From an uncultured Clostridia bacterium (GTDB taxonomy: Bacteria; Bacillota; Clostridia; TANB77; CAG-508), in contig CALXCJ010000001.1 of assembly GCA_944386775.1 (NCBI GenBank), forward strand, positions 19,921-83,920: DNA of 64,000 bases. Reading direction: 5' to 3'. Made by a program: the position numbers and the translations under genes. Shown here piece after piece: positions 28,217 through 38,280 of the stretch. The first letter of the stretch is position 1. Each line of letters starts with the position of its first letter. The notes beneath the pieces were generated by a model. That model did not search any database. It had not been told where the DNA came from and worked only from the letters and a program-made list of their open reading frames with translations.

Positions 28217-29008
28217 TTATTTTTTAAATAGGCTTTTTATTTTTTCAAAAAAACCTTTTTTTCTTCCTGGTATTGTTACTTCTATTTTTTCGCCTAATAC
28301 TCTTTTTGCTATTTCCATATATGCTTTTCCTGATGGAGCTTTTTTGTTTTGTATTACTGGTTCACCTTTGTTTGTTTGAGTTACAACATATTCATCATCT
28401 GGTACAACACCAATTAAATCTATGGATAATAAGTCAACAATATCTTCAACATCCATCATTTCGCCTCTTCTGACCATATTAGGTTTTATTCTGTTTATTA
28501 CTAATTCTGGATTTTTTATTTCTGATGATTCTAAAAGCCCTATTATTCTATCTGCATCTCTTATTGCTGATATTTCTGCTGTTGTTACAACAATTGCACG
28601 ATTTGCTCCTGCTATTGCATTTTTAAATCCTTGTTCTATTCCTGCTGGGCAGTCTATTAATATGTAATCAAATTCTTCTTTTAGTTTACTTGTTAGTTCT
28701 CTCATTTGTTCTTCATTTACTGCACTTTTGTCTCTTGTTTGAGCTGCAGGTAAAAGGTATAGTTCTTTGAATCTTTTATCTTTTATTAGTGCTTGTCTTA
28801 GTTTGCATTTTTCTTCAACAACGTCTACTATATCATATACTATTCTATTTTCTAAGCCCATTACTACATCTAGGTTTCTAAGTCCTATGTCTGTGTCTAT
28901 TAATACTACTTTTTTGCCTTCTACTGCAAGACTTGCTCCTAGGTTTGCTGTTGTTGTTGTTTTTCCAACTCCACCTTTTCCCGATGTTATTACAATTACT
29001 TCTCCCAT
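28217..29008 (-). CDS. minD: septum site-determining ATPase MinD
   Basis: VIVITSGKGGVGKTTTTANLG (deviant Walker A), 263 aa. Confidence 0.95.
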   Translation of the reverse strand: MGEVIVITSGKGGVGKTTTTANLGASLAVEGKKVVLIDTDIGLRNLDVVMGLENRIVYDIVDVVEEKCKLRQALIKDKRFKELYLLPAAQTRDKSAVNEEQMRELTSKLKEEFDYILIDCPAGIEQGFKNAIAGANRAIVVTTAEISAIRDADRIIGLLESSEIKNPELVINRIKPNMVRRGEMMDVEDIVDLLSIDLIGVVPDDEYVVTQTNKGEPVIQNKKAPSGKAYMEIAKRVLGEKIEVTIPGRKKGFFEKIKSLFKK

Positions 29009-29095
29009 AATTTTCCTCCTTAGGATTTTAAAAACACTAAATTTTAATGATTATATAATACACTGATTTTAGCTAAAAGTCAATGGTTGTAAGAA

Positions 29096-29133
29096 AAAGT
29101 TTCCTCATTTTTTGTACGAAAAATGAGGAAATT
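29096..29133. terminator. bidirectional terminator hairpin between the FGE-family gene and minD
   Basis: tttcctcattttt-gtacg-aaaaatgaggaaa with flanking T/A runs. Confidence 0.5.
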
Positions 29134-29317
29134 TAATAATTTGCTATTTATAGTTAAAAATTTGTAAACACTCTCAATATATTATTTTAGTCTATAAATT
29201 GTAGCAATAATTTAAGACATTACTTAAGGTAAATAAGAAAAAAGAAGAAAAGTAGCAATTTTTAATTTTTTAATTACTATTTTTCTTCATCTCTTTTATT
29301 ATCCATTTATATGAAAT

Positions 29318-31718
29318 TTATTTTAAAATACATACTCTAGGCACAACATCATATTCTGTATATGTTTTACTAACATTATTTCTATATCCAAATTTAAATA
29401 CTGAACTATTATTATTACTTGCAGCATTTCTAACAACTACATCATTTTTTCCTTTCTCTAAACTAAACTCCCAAGCATTACCAACCCAGTCATAAATATT
29501 TAGAATTTTATTTCTTTCAGTAGCACCAGTTGTACATATTGCCCATATATTTTCTTGATAACCGTCTTTTTTAAATTGATTATTAGCTTTTGTCCAAGGT
29601 CCTAACTCCATGGTATCTGAATTTTGTATTGCATAACTACCTTTTTTTATCCAGAAAATAGAATTTGCATAATTACCCCATGAAATGCAATCTGCTTGCA
29701 ATTCAGATTTTGATTTACCACTACTTTCTTCAATAAATTTATCTACTAAATCAAACTGTATTCCAAACATTAAACTTGTTATACAATCTTCTGCTCCAAT
29801 ACTTTCTGCTATAGTTTGTGCTTGTTCTAATGTAATATATCCATATGGGTATGCTCCTTGTTTAATAACTGGTGTTCTATTGTCATTATTAGCAGATGTA
29901 ACATATGTTTCTGAGCCAGTCTCATATCGTCCTATATAAAAGCCATTATTTTCATATATACTTTTTAACATTCTATTTTTTAGGTCATTATATTCTTTCT
30001 CTGTTTCTATACCACATCCATCGTGCCATACATCTTCATATCCTTCTTCTCTGTAATCTTTAGTGTATTCTATAAGTACTTCTTCTATTTTATCATAGTC
30101 ATATGGGCTTAATATATCTTCAAAAATTTCTTTTGGAACTTTTATCCATACATATTCATTTCCATTACCATCTTGGACAACTAAACCTTTGTCTATTACA
30201 TTTAGATCTTCCAGTTCGCTTACTTTAAATCCTTTTGGAATATATGCTGTATCTCCGGTTTATATCGACATATTTTTGGGTTTCAGTATATGGTTGTGAC
30301 CATTTTTCTTTTATTTTAAAATATATCATTGGTCTAAAAGTAAAATCTCCATTTGCATATGTTGCATCTACACTCCTACTATCTGCACTTGTTATTTCAG
30401 AAAAATCATAGCCTCCTCCTCTACTTATACAAGGTCTATCATCATATATATCGGTGTATGTACTTGTTTCTGTAGTCCATTCTCTTAAATTTCCTGCTAA
30501 ATCATAAATATTACATTGAACATCTCCAGTAGTTCCTGTATTTTGTCTTACATTGCTTAATGGTTTTTGTTTAGAATATTCACTATTTTCTCCATATTTT
30601 TGGATATATAAAATGGTTGTATCCCAAGCATAACTATTTATTAAATCACTTTGTATCTCTTCATTTCCCTCATACATTTTTTGACATGCTTCTACTGCCT
30701 CTGCCTGTGTAACATAGTTCCATAGCGTACCTTCCCCAGTTGGCTTACTACTTGCATTATTTTTAGAAACTATAGATTTTGGTTTTCCATCAAGTCCATA
30801 ACTTGCTTCATATCTTGCAATATAAAAACCTTTATAAAGTTCTACACTTCTTTTAAATTCATATATGTCTTTTGATGAAATATTGCCATATTCAGATACA
30901 TACTCTTCTATATAATAGTTATCCATAAGCTTATCTTCAAAATTTATTTCTTCGCCATTATCGCCAAATTTATATCTACCTAATTCAATATTTAAACCAT
31001 CAATTGGTACCCATACAAATTGATTTCCACCTTTTGAATTTTCTAAGTCATCCCCTTTTACATCAGATATTACTATTCCTTCTTCTTTACTTCCTCCTAC
31101 ATAGTAAAATCCTTCTGGTATTTTTACTCCTTCTACATACCTATAATCTATCTCTTCATTATTTGGCTCTAAGTAATCTGTGTAATATGTAGTAGTAGTT
31201 CCACCATCTTCCACTTTTACTCCTTGTGCATAAAAAATTCCGTGTGTTGCTTTGTTTATTATGTATAAGTCTGTGTAACTATTTGCATTTCCATTATTAT
31301 TTTTTACTTTTTCATAATCTTTTCCATAGTTTAGTGTTATTCCTTCCATTGCTTGCAAATCTATTACATAAAATTCATCTATATTTTGTAGTTCTTGTGT
31401 GTTTAACACTTTTTTTAAATCTTCACTTAAGTTTGAATATTTTGTTTGTGCTGGTATATTTCCATATTCATTATAAAATTCAGAAACCTTGTCTCTTAAA
31501 TTTTGTATATCATTTACTAGATTTCTGTAATTTCTAATATCTATACTGTCTTTGGCATTATATATTAAAACTCCTGTAATTAAAACTAATATAACTACTG
31601 TAATCGAAAGAGAAATTAATGTTATTCCTCTATTTTGATATTTTAATTTACTCATCTTTTGCATCTCCTTACACTTATATTTCAATATAAGTGTACTATT
31701 TTTTTTACTTAATTTCAA
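29318..31718 (-). pseudogene. FGE/SUMF1-domain (formylglycine-generating enzyme family) protein with pilin-like N-terminus; two ORFs joined by +1 shift at in-frame CGG (complement of 30255-30257)
   Basis: ORF 30225-31718 has a hydrophobic N-terminus QNRGITLISLSITVVIL (prepilin-like) and YDLAGNLREWT. ORF 29318-29971 extends in frame upstream to 30261 without a start codon and has NIYDWVGNAWEF. Skipping C of aac-CGG-aga gives ...YVDINGDTAYIPKGF... continuous. Confidence 0.6.
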
Positions 31719-31735
31719 GTTCTCTTGTTAAAATT

Positions 31736-32411
31736 TTATAATTTACATTGTATTCTGCTATTTATTTGTTCTTTTATTTCAGTATATAATTTCAGTTTTT
31801 TATTATAAATTATACTTTCTCTTATTACAATATACCACAAATACACAATTATTATAAATATTGCAATATTTTTAAAATATAAAATTCCAATACTTGCTAT
31901 TGCTGTTAATATTATTACAGCAACTATAGAAATATTATATATACATTTACTAGACTTCTCTTTTCCTAAAAAAATGTGCAATATTCCTTTTAATATTCTT
32001 CCACCATCTAGTGGGTATATTGGTAGTAAATTGAATAATACTATTAAAAGATTTACATATATTATTAACATTTTCTGGGGAATATTAAAGTTACTTAAAC
32101 TAAAAATTATTAATATCAAAATATTTGTTAATGGCCCTGAAATTGCAACTATTATTTCTTTTATAACTAATTTGCTTCCTTTTAATATTTTTTTATTTAT
32201 ATCTTCTAAATTAACTTTAAAAGAAATAGTTTGCCCGAACTGGTATTAATTCTAATTTATCTGGTTTAAACCCTAATATTATGCCTATAATTAGATGTCC
32301 TAATTCATGTATTACTACAAAAATAATCATCAATATGTATATATCTATTTGTTTTGTAAAATAGAAAAACACTAAAAAAAATAATATTTTTAAATCAATT
32401 CTAAATCTCAT
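31736..32411 (-). pseudogene. M50 site-2 protease (SpoIVFB-like), interrupted by +1 shift at in-frame CGG (complement of 32235-32237)
   Basis: ORF 32217-32411 carries HELGH. ORF 31736-32119 carries NLLPIYPLDGGRIL. Skipping C of gtt-CGG-gca gives ...IPVGQTISFKVN... and joins the two halves. Confidence 0.65.
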
Positions 32412-32426
32412 GGCATTTCTCCAAAC

Positions 32427-33392
32427 TTATAAATCTAAAATTTTTTGTGGATCTATTGTTCTTTCTTGATATCTTATCTCAAAATGCAAATGTGGTCCTG
32501 TTGAATTTCCTGTAGAACCTACCTCTGCAATTTCTTGTCCTTGCATTACTATATCTCCTTGCTTTACATATAAAGCATTACAGTGTGCATATATTATACT
32601 AACTTCACCTATTTGTATTTTTAAGTGTTTGCCATAATCTCCCTCTTCTGAAGCTAGTACAACTTCACCTCCTGTTGCTGATTTTATTTTTGTACCCAAA
32701 TTTGCTGCTATATCTATTCCTGTATGGTTTTTAGGCACTGTTTCAGTAGATGGATCTCTCATTCCAAAAACTGATGTTATTGTTCCTTCTAAAGGCTTTA
32801 TAAATGTTGTTGTATTTTTTACATTTTGTATATCTTGTGCATCTTGGGTTGTTTCTACATTTTGGCCATCTTCTGTTATTTGTTCATTTTCAGTTTCTGA
32901 TACCTGTTCATTTGATGCTCCACCTATTGCTTCTGCATTTGTATTTAAATTATTTGTTTGGTCTTGATTCGTATTTTGAATTTCTTCATTTTGATTATTT
33001 AAATTTTCCAAGTTTGAATCTTGCACATTTGTATTTTGATTATCTGTATCTTTTGGGTTATTTTCTAAGTTTGGAATTATTCCTATAATAAAATTTTTAC
33101 AATTTTCATATATTTGAACAAAATTTGTATCATATGATAATATTTCATTTACTTTTTTTATAAAATCTTCTGAAAATATGAATTGACTATTATTTATTAT
33201 ATAAACAATAAAATATATTACTATACATACTATTATTTGAATAATCATTCTTTTTAAAAGTTTTATATCTTTTTGATTACTGTTTTCGTTTAATTTTACT
33301 GTTGCAGTAGTTCTTGCATTTTCTCCTCTTCTTTTGGCATATATCTCCTCTGCTCGTCTAATTTTTTCTTCTACTGACATCATTCTTTCCAT
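32427..33392 (-). CDS. membrane-anchored M23/LytM-family peptidase with Q/N-rich linker
   Basis: C-terminal HTGIDIAA...GPHLHFE (HxxxD and HxH catalytic motifs intact). Sits directly upstream of the M50 protease gene as in B. subtilis spoIVFA-spoIVFB, but an intact catalytic site also fits a SpoIIQ-like or generic LytM protein. Confidence 0.75.
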   Translation of the reverse strand: MERMMSVEEKIRRAEEIYAKRRGENARTTATVKLNENSNQKDIKLLKRMIIQIIVCIVIYFIVYIINNSQFIFSEDFIKKVNEILSYDTNFVQIYENCKNFIIGIIPNLENNPKDTDNQNTNVQDSNLENLNNQNEEIQNTNQDQTNNLNTNAEAIGGASNEQVSETENEQITEDGQNVETTQDAQDIQNVKNTTTFIKPLEGTITSVFGMRDPSTETVPKNHTGIDIAANLGTKIKSATGGEVVLASEEGDYGKHLKIQIGEVSIIYAHCNALYVKQGDIVMQGQEIAEVGSTGNSTGPHLHFEIRYQERTIDPQKILDL

Positions 33393-33459
33393 AAAAAAAA
33401 CACCTCTTCCTTAGTTTCTTTATAAACTATATGTGAAAATCGGTGTTTTTATTACTTGC

Positions 33460-33813
33460 TTATAAAATTATTAATAAAATTAATTCAACTATTGCTATTA
33501 TAGTAGATATAAGTAATAATTTTTTATTTTTCTTGTATTTAAGTTTTAAGTTTTTTTCTACTTTTTTATCTTCTTTGCTTTTTTCTATTTTTTTTATATA
33601 TTCATTTACTATCATTTCTGCTTCTTTTACTATATAATCTTTTTCTTTTGATGAATTTGCTTTTTTTGTATTTGATTTTATTTCTTCTTGCTTTTTAATA
33701 TGCTCTAAATTTTTTACTTTTCTATTCTGCTTTAATATTATAATCGCTTCTTCTACTAAATTTGATGGTAAATTTTTTAATATTACCATATTTTTCAAGT
33801 TACTGGCTTCCAC
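33460..33813 (-). CDS. hypothetical K/E-rich protein with C-terminal TM anchor
   Basis: 117 aa, C-terminal LLLISTIIAIVELILLIIL. Confidence 0.4.
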   Translation of the reverse strand: MEASNLKNMVILKNLPSNLVEEAIIILKQNRKVKNLEHIKKQEEIKSNTKKANSSKEKDYIVKEAEMIVNEYIKKIEKSKEDKKVEKNLKLKYKKNKKLLLISTIIAIVELILLIIL

Positions 33814-33882
33814 TTTGTATACCTCCTAAAAATTATGTATTTAATTATATTTTTTCCATATTTTTTCATGTTATACATCTTT

Positions 33883-34242
33883 TTAGGTTAGTTTTTCATT
33901 TTTTGATGGAGTTATTATAATATTAAAAGTATTGTCATTTTTGTATTTTCTTATTATATCTTGTGAGAAACTTGCAAGCTCACTTGTTATTATAACAGTA
34001 TTATATTCTTTAGTTTTTAGTTCTTGTATTTTTTCGTCTACTTGTTCTGGCTTTTGTATTTCGTATACATCAAAACCTAGACCTTTCATTATTCTATAAT
34101 TTCCTGTTCCTTTAAATTTTAAAAAAGATACTTTCATATTATCACCAATTTTAGTATGTCCATTTTTTAAAATTTTTTTCAAATGCATGGTAAATTGCTC
34201 TAAAACAAACTTTTTGAATTTTGTTAAAGGTTCACAAGGCAA
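33883..34242 (-). CDS. hypothetical protein with weak similarity to V/A-type ATPase subunit F fold (isolated, no other ATPase genes nearby)
   Basis: MKVSFLKFKGTGNYRIMKGLGFDVYEIQKPEQVDEKIQELKTKEYNTVIITSELASFSQDII resembles the ATP-synt_F pattern. Start uncertain (internal ATG near 34137). Confidence 0.3.
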   Translation of the reverse strand: MPCEPLTKFKKFVLEQFTMHLKKILKNGHTKIGDNMKVSFLKFKGTGNYRIMKGLGFDVYEIQKPEQVDEKIQELKTKEYNTVIITSELASFSQDIIRKYKNDNTFNIIITPSKNEKLT

Positions 34243-34376
34243 TAAATTTTTCCATTTAAATTTATTGTAATTAAGTTAAATATAAAATTATTTTTTCTGT
34301 TGCAAATATCACTTTTTATGCAATTTTATTAAAAAATTATATTTGACATTTTCTAAATTTATGCTATAATAATTAT

Positions 34377-34458
34377 AGGAAATGGAGAAACCACAAAGTG
34401 GTTGCCGAGAAGAATAAAATAACCATTCAACCCGTCAAAGCAGAATGGTTATTTTTTA
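34377..34458 (+). ncRNA. candidate small antisense RNA (about 80 nt) with consensus promoter and terminator, convergent with and overlapping the 3-prime end of a small hydrophobic ORF
   Basis: TTGACA (34343-34348), 16-nt spacer, TATAAT (34365-34370). Terminator stem aataaccattc / gaatggttatt with T-run at 34452-34457. Confidence 0.35.
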
Positions 34459-34572
34459 TTGCCTATGTAGTAAATACAAGATGATGATTACTAAGGCAAA
34501 ATTTATGATAGTTACACCTACTAATCCAAAGAAAAGTAGTTTGATGATTACTAATAAAACTGATTCTACCAT
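34456..34572 (-). CDS. candidate type I toxin: 38-aa hydrophobic peptide MVESVLLVIIKLLFFGLVGVTIINFALVIIILYLLHRQ
   Basis: ATG at complement of 34570-34572, preceded by GGGGGTGGTG SD-like run. Upstream 5-prime UTR contains gccacc that could sequester the SD. Stop overlaps the terminator of the convergent small RNA. Confidence 0.3.
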   Translation of the reverse strand: MVESVLLVIIKLLFFGLVGVTIINFALVIIILYLLHRQ

Positions 34573-34939
34573 AGCACCACCCCCAGTTGTCAATCTCACA
34601 AGCTAAAAGCTGTGGAATAATATGTACACATCAAAGAGTTAAAGGTGGCAACACACTCTGCTTATTCTCATTTCCTATGCTTAATACTATACAACATTTG
34701 TTTGCAAAAATCAAGCGAACAAACCAAAATTTCACAAAATCAGATTTTATACGAAAAAACCCCAATTTTTACTGATTAACTTTTTTTAAATTAACCAATA
34801 AATCTTGGAAGTTTATAGTCCTATGAATTTTTCATTTATTGCCTTGGTTGCTGATTTTGCACTTTTTCTATGACTTTTTTCATAGAGTTTATAGCCTTGT
34901 AAATTCAAAAATATTTTCTCAAGGGCCGTCCCCTAATCC

Positions 34940-35758
34940 CTATGCTGATTTTAATTCAAGGCGTAGCTTGTCAGCTATCATTGCTATAAATTCACTATTT
35001 GTAGGTTTTCCTTTAGCTGCTGAAATCGTATAACCAAATATGCTCTCCACTGCTGCTTGTTCACCTCTTCCCCATGCTACTTCTATTGCATGGCGAATTG
35101 CTCTTTCTACTCTTGAAGGAGTGGTACTAAATTTTTTTGCAATTTGAGGATATAAGCTTTTTGTAATTTGATTTATAACCTCAATATCATTAACTACCAT
35201 AATAATTGCTTCCCTTAAATACTGATAACCTTTAATATGTGCTGGAACTCCTACTTCATGGATTACATTTGTAACTAATGCTTCTAAATTATCTTCTCTT
35301 TTTGCTGAACCATTTGCAATTTCTACATATTTCATTTTTGGTTCTCTTGCAATAAAATTATTTCCTGATTGGCTTGGTCTATAATTTTTTAATTCTCTAA
35401 TTCTTTTTATAAGTAATTCTATATCAAATGGCTTTACCACATAATACTCTGCACCCAATGAAACTGCTTTTTGTGTTATTTTATCTTGTCCTACTGCTGA
35501 TAGCATTATACATATTGGCCTTTTTACTATTTTTACTATATTTATTTTTTCTAAAACTCCTATTCCATCTAAGTGTGGCATTATTACATCTAATAAAACA
35601 ACATCTGGCGTTGTATTTGTAATCATATCTACCGCTTCTGTTCCATCTCTTGCCATTCCTATAACTTCCATATCCTCTTGTTCATCCAAATAAGTTGCAA
35701 GTGTTTTTGTAAAGTCTTGGTTATCATCTGCAATTAATATACTAATTTTTTCTCTCAT
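34940..35758 (-). CDS. spo0A: sporulation master regulator Spo0A
   Basis: Receiver domain [12 protein letters not shown]...[11 protein letters not shown] and C-terminal Spo0A-specific effector domain ...[15 protein letters not shown]. Confidence 0.95.
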   Translation of the reverse strand: MREKISILIADDNQDFTKTLATYLDEQEDMEVIGMARDGTEAVDMITNTTPDVVLLDVIMPHLDGIGVLEKINIVKIVKRPICIMLSAVGQDKITQKAVSLGAEYYVVKPFDIELLIKRIRELKNYRPSQSGNNFIAREPKMKYVEIANGSAKREDNLEALVTNVIHEVGVPAHIKGYQYLREAIIMVVNDIEVINQITKSLYPQIAKKFSTTPSRVERAIRHAIEVAWGRGEQAAVESIFGYTISAAKGKPTNSEFIAMIADKLRLELKSA

Positions 35759-35878
35759 AGTATCCCTCCTAATTTTTTCAAAATGTAAAATTTTTACATT
35801 TGTGATTATAACTTCTTATTTGGGATATTACAACAAAATTAATTTTATTTTTATGTATTTTTTACGAAAGTGGGAAAA

Positions 35879-36514
35879 TTATATACATTTTACTATAATT
35901 TTTTTATCTAAAAGTTTTAAAAAAGCTAAATTTATCTTTTTTGTTTCATAATCTTTGAAAAGTCTTTCTTTTTTTTCTTCTTCTAGTGTAATTTTGCAAA
36001 CAATATTCTGCTCATATTTTGCATCTGTTATATTAATACAATTTTTTTTACAATAATATTTAAATTTTTCAGAGTCTGAATAATTTATAATTACCTCCAT
36101 TTCATACCCTAAAACCATTACTTGCTTTTTTGCAATATTAATTGCATTTATTGTAGCATCTGAGTAAGCTCTAACAAGTCCTCCTGTTCCTAGCAAAATT
36201 CCTCCAAAATATCTTGTAACAATTATTAAAACATTTGCCAAATTATTTTTTCTTAAAATATTAAGCATAGGATCACCGGCTGTACCTGATGGCTCTCCGT
36301 CATCACTTGCTCTTTCTATTATCTTTTCTTCGTTGTCTATTATTCTATAACAAAAACAATTATGTCTTGCATCAAAATATTTTTTTCTAATTTCTTTTAA
36401 CTTTTCTTCTGCTTCTTCTTTATTATTTACTGGTATTAAATTAGCAATAAATTTAGACTTTTTTTCTACCAATTCGAATGATACATTTTCTTTTATTGTT
36501 ATAAATTCTTCCAT
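35879..36514 (-). CDS. yigZ: IMPACT/YigZ family protein
   Basis: VEKKSKFIANLIPV..., GEPSGTAGDPML, VLIIVTRYFGGILLGTGGLVRAY are UPF0029/IMPACT family hallmarks. Confidence 0.8.
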   Translation of the reverse strand: MEEFITIKENVSFELVEKKSKFIANLIPVNNKEEAEEKLKEIRKKYFDARHNCFCYRIIDNEEKIIERASDDGEPSGTAGDPMLNILRKNNLANVLIIVTRYFGGILLGTGGLVRAYSDATINAINIAKKQVMVLGYEMEVIINYSDSEKFKYYCKKNCINITDAKYEQNIVCKITLEEEKKERLFKDYETKKINLAFLKLLDKKIIVKCI

Positions 36515-36529
36515 TTTATTAAATTAAAT

Positions 36530-36700
36530 TTTTGATAAATATTTATATACTTAATACAAAAATTATTAGTATTCCTCCTCTTATAAATAATAAATAATAA
36601 TAAATAATAAATAATAATTAATAATTAATAATAAATAATAATTAATAATTAATAATTAATAATTAATAATAATTAATACTTAATATTTAATATTTTTAAA
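36530..36700. repeat. AT-only microsatellite (ataataa / ttaataa units, about 170 bp)
   Basis: Read directly. Confidence 0.6.
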
Positions 36701-36729
36701 GTAATTATAAATATTAAATATACCTAGTT

Positions 36730-37980
36730 CTAATACCATTTTTTACCTGCAACATACCCTGTTGAATATGCAATTTGCAAATTAAAACCTCCTGTATATG
36801 CATCTACATCTATTATTTCGCCTGCAAAATATAATCCATTACATATTTTAGATTGCATTGTTTTTGGATCTATTTCTTTTATATTTATTCCACCTGATGT
36901 TATTATTGCTTCTTCTATTGGTCTTAATTTTTGTATTTTTACCTTAAAATTTTTTAAAATATTTACTAGGTTTTTCCTTTCTGTTTTGGTAATCTCATTT
37001 ACCTTTTTTTCAGGGTTTATGTTACTTTGCTCTACTATAACAGGAATTAATTTTTGTGGTAATAATTTTTCTAAACTATTTTTAAATTGCTTATTTTTTA
37101 CTTCTTCAAAATCTCTTATAATTCTTTTTTCTAATTTTTCTGAGGATAATGCTGGTTTAAAGTCTAAGTTTAGAGTTATTTGCTTATTTTTCATTAATTC
37201 TTCTATATTTCTATATCTTACTAAATGTGCTGAAGCACTAAGTATTATAGGTCCTGATACTCCAAAATGTGTAAATATCATTTCCCCAAAATCTTCATAT
37301 ATAGTTTTTTTGTCATTTTTTATTGTGATACTTACATTTTTTAATGATAATCCTTGCAATTTTTTACATATTTCTTTTTCATATATTTCTAAAGGAACTA
37401 ATGATGGTTTTATTTTTGTTACTGTATGTCCCAATTTTTTTGCAATATTATAGCCATCACCTGTTGAGCCTGTTAATGGATAGCTTTTTCCTCCTGTTGC
37501 AAGTATAATTTTATCTGCTAAAATTTTTCTTCCATTTGATATTAGCCCTATTACTTTATTTTCATCTTCATTTTTTATAATTTCTGTTACTTTTTCATTA
37601 TAAAAAACTTTTATATCTAATTCTTCTAATTTAGATTTAAAACAATTTAAAACATCTATTGATTTATCTGTTACAGGGAAAATTCTGTTTCCTCTTTCTT
37701 CTTTTACTTTAAGCCCTTGATCCTTTAAAAAATTAATAATATCTATATTATTAAATTTCTGAAATGCACTATATAAAAACATTCCATTCCCTGGAGTATT
37801 TTTTATAAATTCTTCTATGCTTAAAGAAGATGTTATATTACATCTTCCTTTTCCTGTTATCAATAGTTTCTTACCTAGCATATCATTTTTTTCTAATATT
37901 ATTACTTCATTTAAACTTTGTCTTGCTGCTATTGCAGCCATCATTCCAGCAGGTCCACCGCCTATTACTACTACTTTCAT
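36730..37980 (-). CDS. NAD(P)/FAD-dependent oxidoreductase, HI0933/BaiN family
   Basis: MKVVVIGGGPAGMMAAIAA N-terminal Rossmann motif; 416 aa typical of the family. Confidence 0.8.
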   Translation of the reverse strand: MKVVVIGGGPAGMMAAIAARQSLNEVIILEKNDMLGKKLLITGKGRCNITSSLSIEEFIKNTPGNGMFLYSAFQKFNNIDIINFLKDQGLKVKEERGNRIFPVTDKSIDVLNCFKSKLEELDIKVFYNEKVTEIIKNEDENKVIGLISNGRKILADKIILATGGKSYPLTGSTGDGYNIAKKLGHTVTKIKPSLVPLEIYEKEICKKLQGLSLKNVSITIKNDKKTIYEDFGEMIFTHFGVSGPIILSASAHLVRYRNIEELMKNKQITLNLDFKPALSSEKLEKRIIRDFEEVKNKQFKNSLEKLLPQKLIPVIVEQSNINPEKKVNEITKTERKNLVNILKNFKVKIQKLRPIEEAIITSGGINIKEIDPKTMQSKICNGLYFAGEIIDVDAYTGGFNLQIAYSTGYVAGKKWY

Positions 37981-38074
37981 TTTTTTATTCCTTTTTTATT
38001 TTTTAATATTTATTTTTATTGTTTAGCTTCGAATTTTATTAAAATTTACATTTTTTGATTTATTCTGTGGTTTC

Positions 38075-38280
38075 TGTTTTTTATCTTAAGCTTTTACTTT
38101 TTACATTTTTTCTATAGTTTTTGCTTTATCCTAAGCTTTTCTTTTTTGCATTTTTTCTATAGTTTTTGCTTTATCCTAAGCTTTTCTTTTTTGCATTTTT
38201 TCTATAGCTTTTATTTTTATCTTAAGCTTTTCCTTTTTTCCATAGTTTTTGTTTTATCTTAAGCTTTTCCTTTTTCCATC
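38075..38280. repeat. about 4.5 tandem copies of a 45-bp unit (ctatagtttttgctttatcctaagcttttcttttttgcattttttt)
   Basis: Read directly; lies between the ynbB-like gene 3-prime end and the oxidoreductase start. Confidence 0.6.

Noticed and set aside
29009-29317. minC upstream of minD
   Set aside because: The 300-bp gap has no ORF of suitable size and ends in a terminator hairpin. The upstream gene is an FGE-family protein, so minC is not encoded here.
34839-35033. 64-aa plus-strand ORF overlapping the spo0A 3-prime end
   Set aside because: Overlaps the highly conserved Spo0A C-terminal domain on the opposite strand. No RBS.
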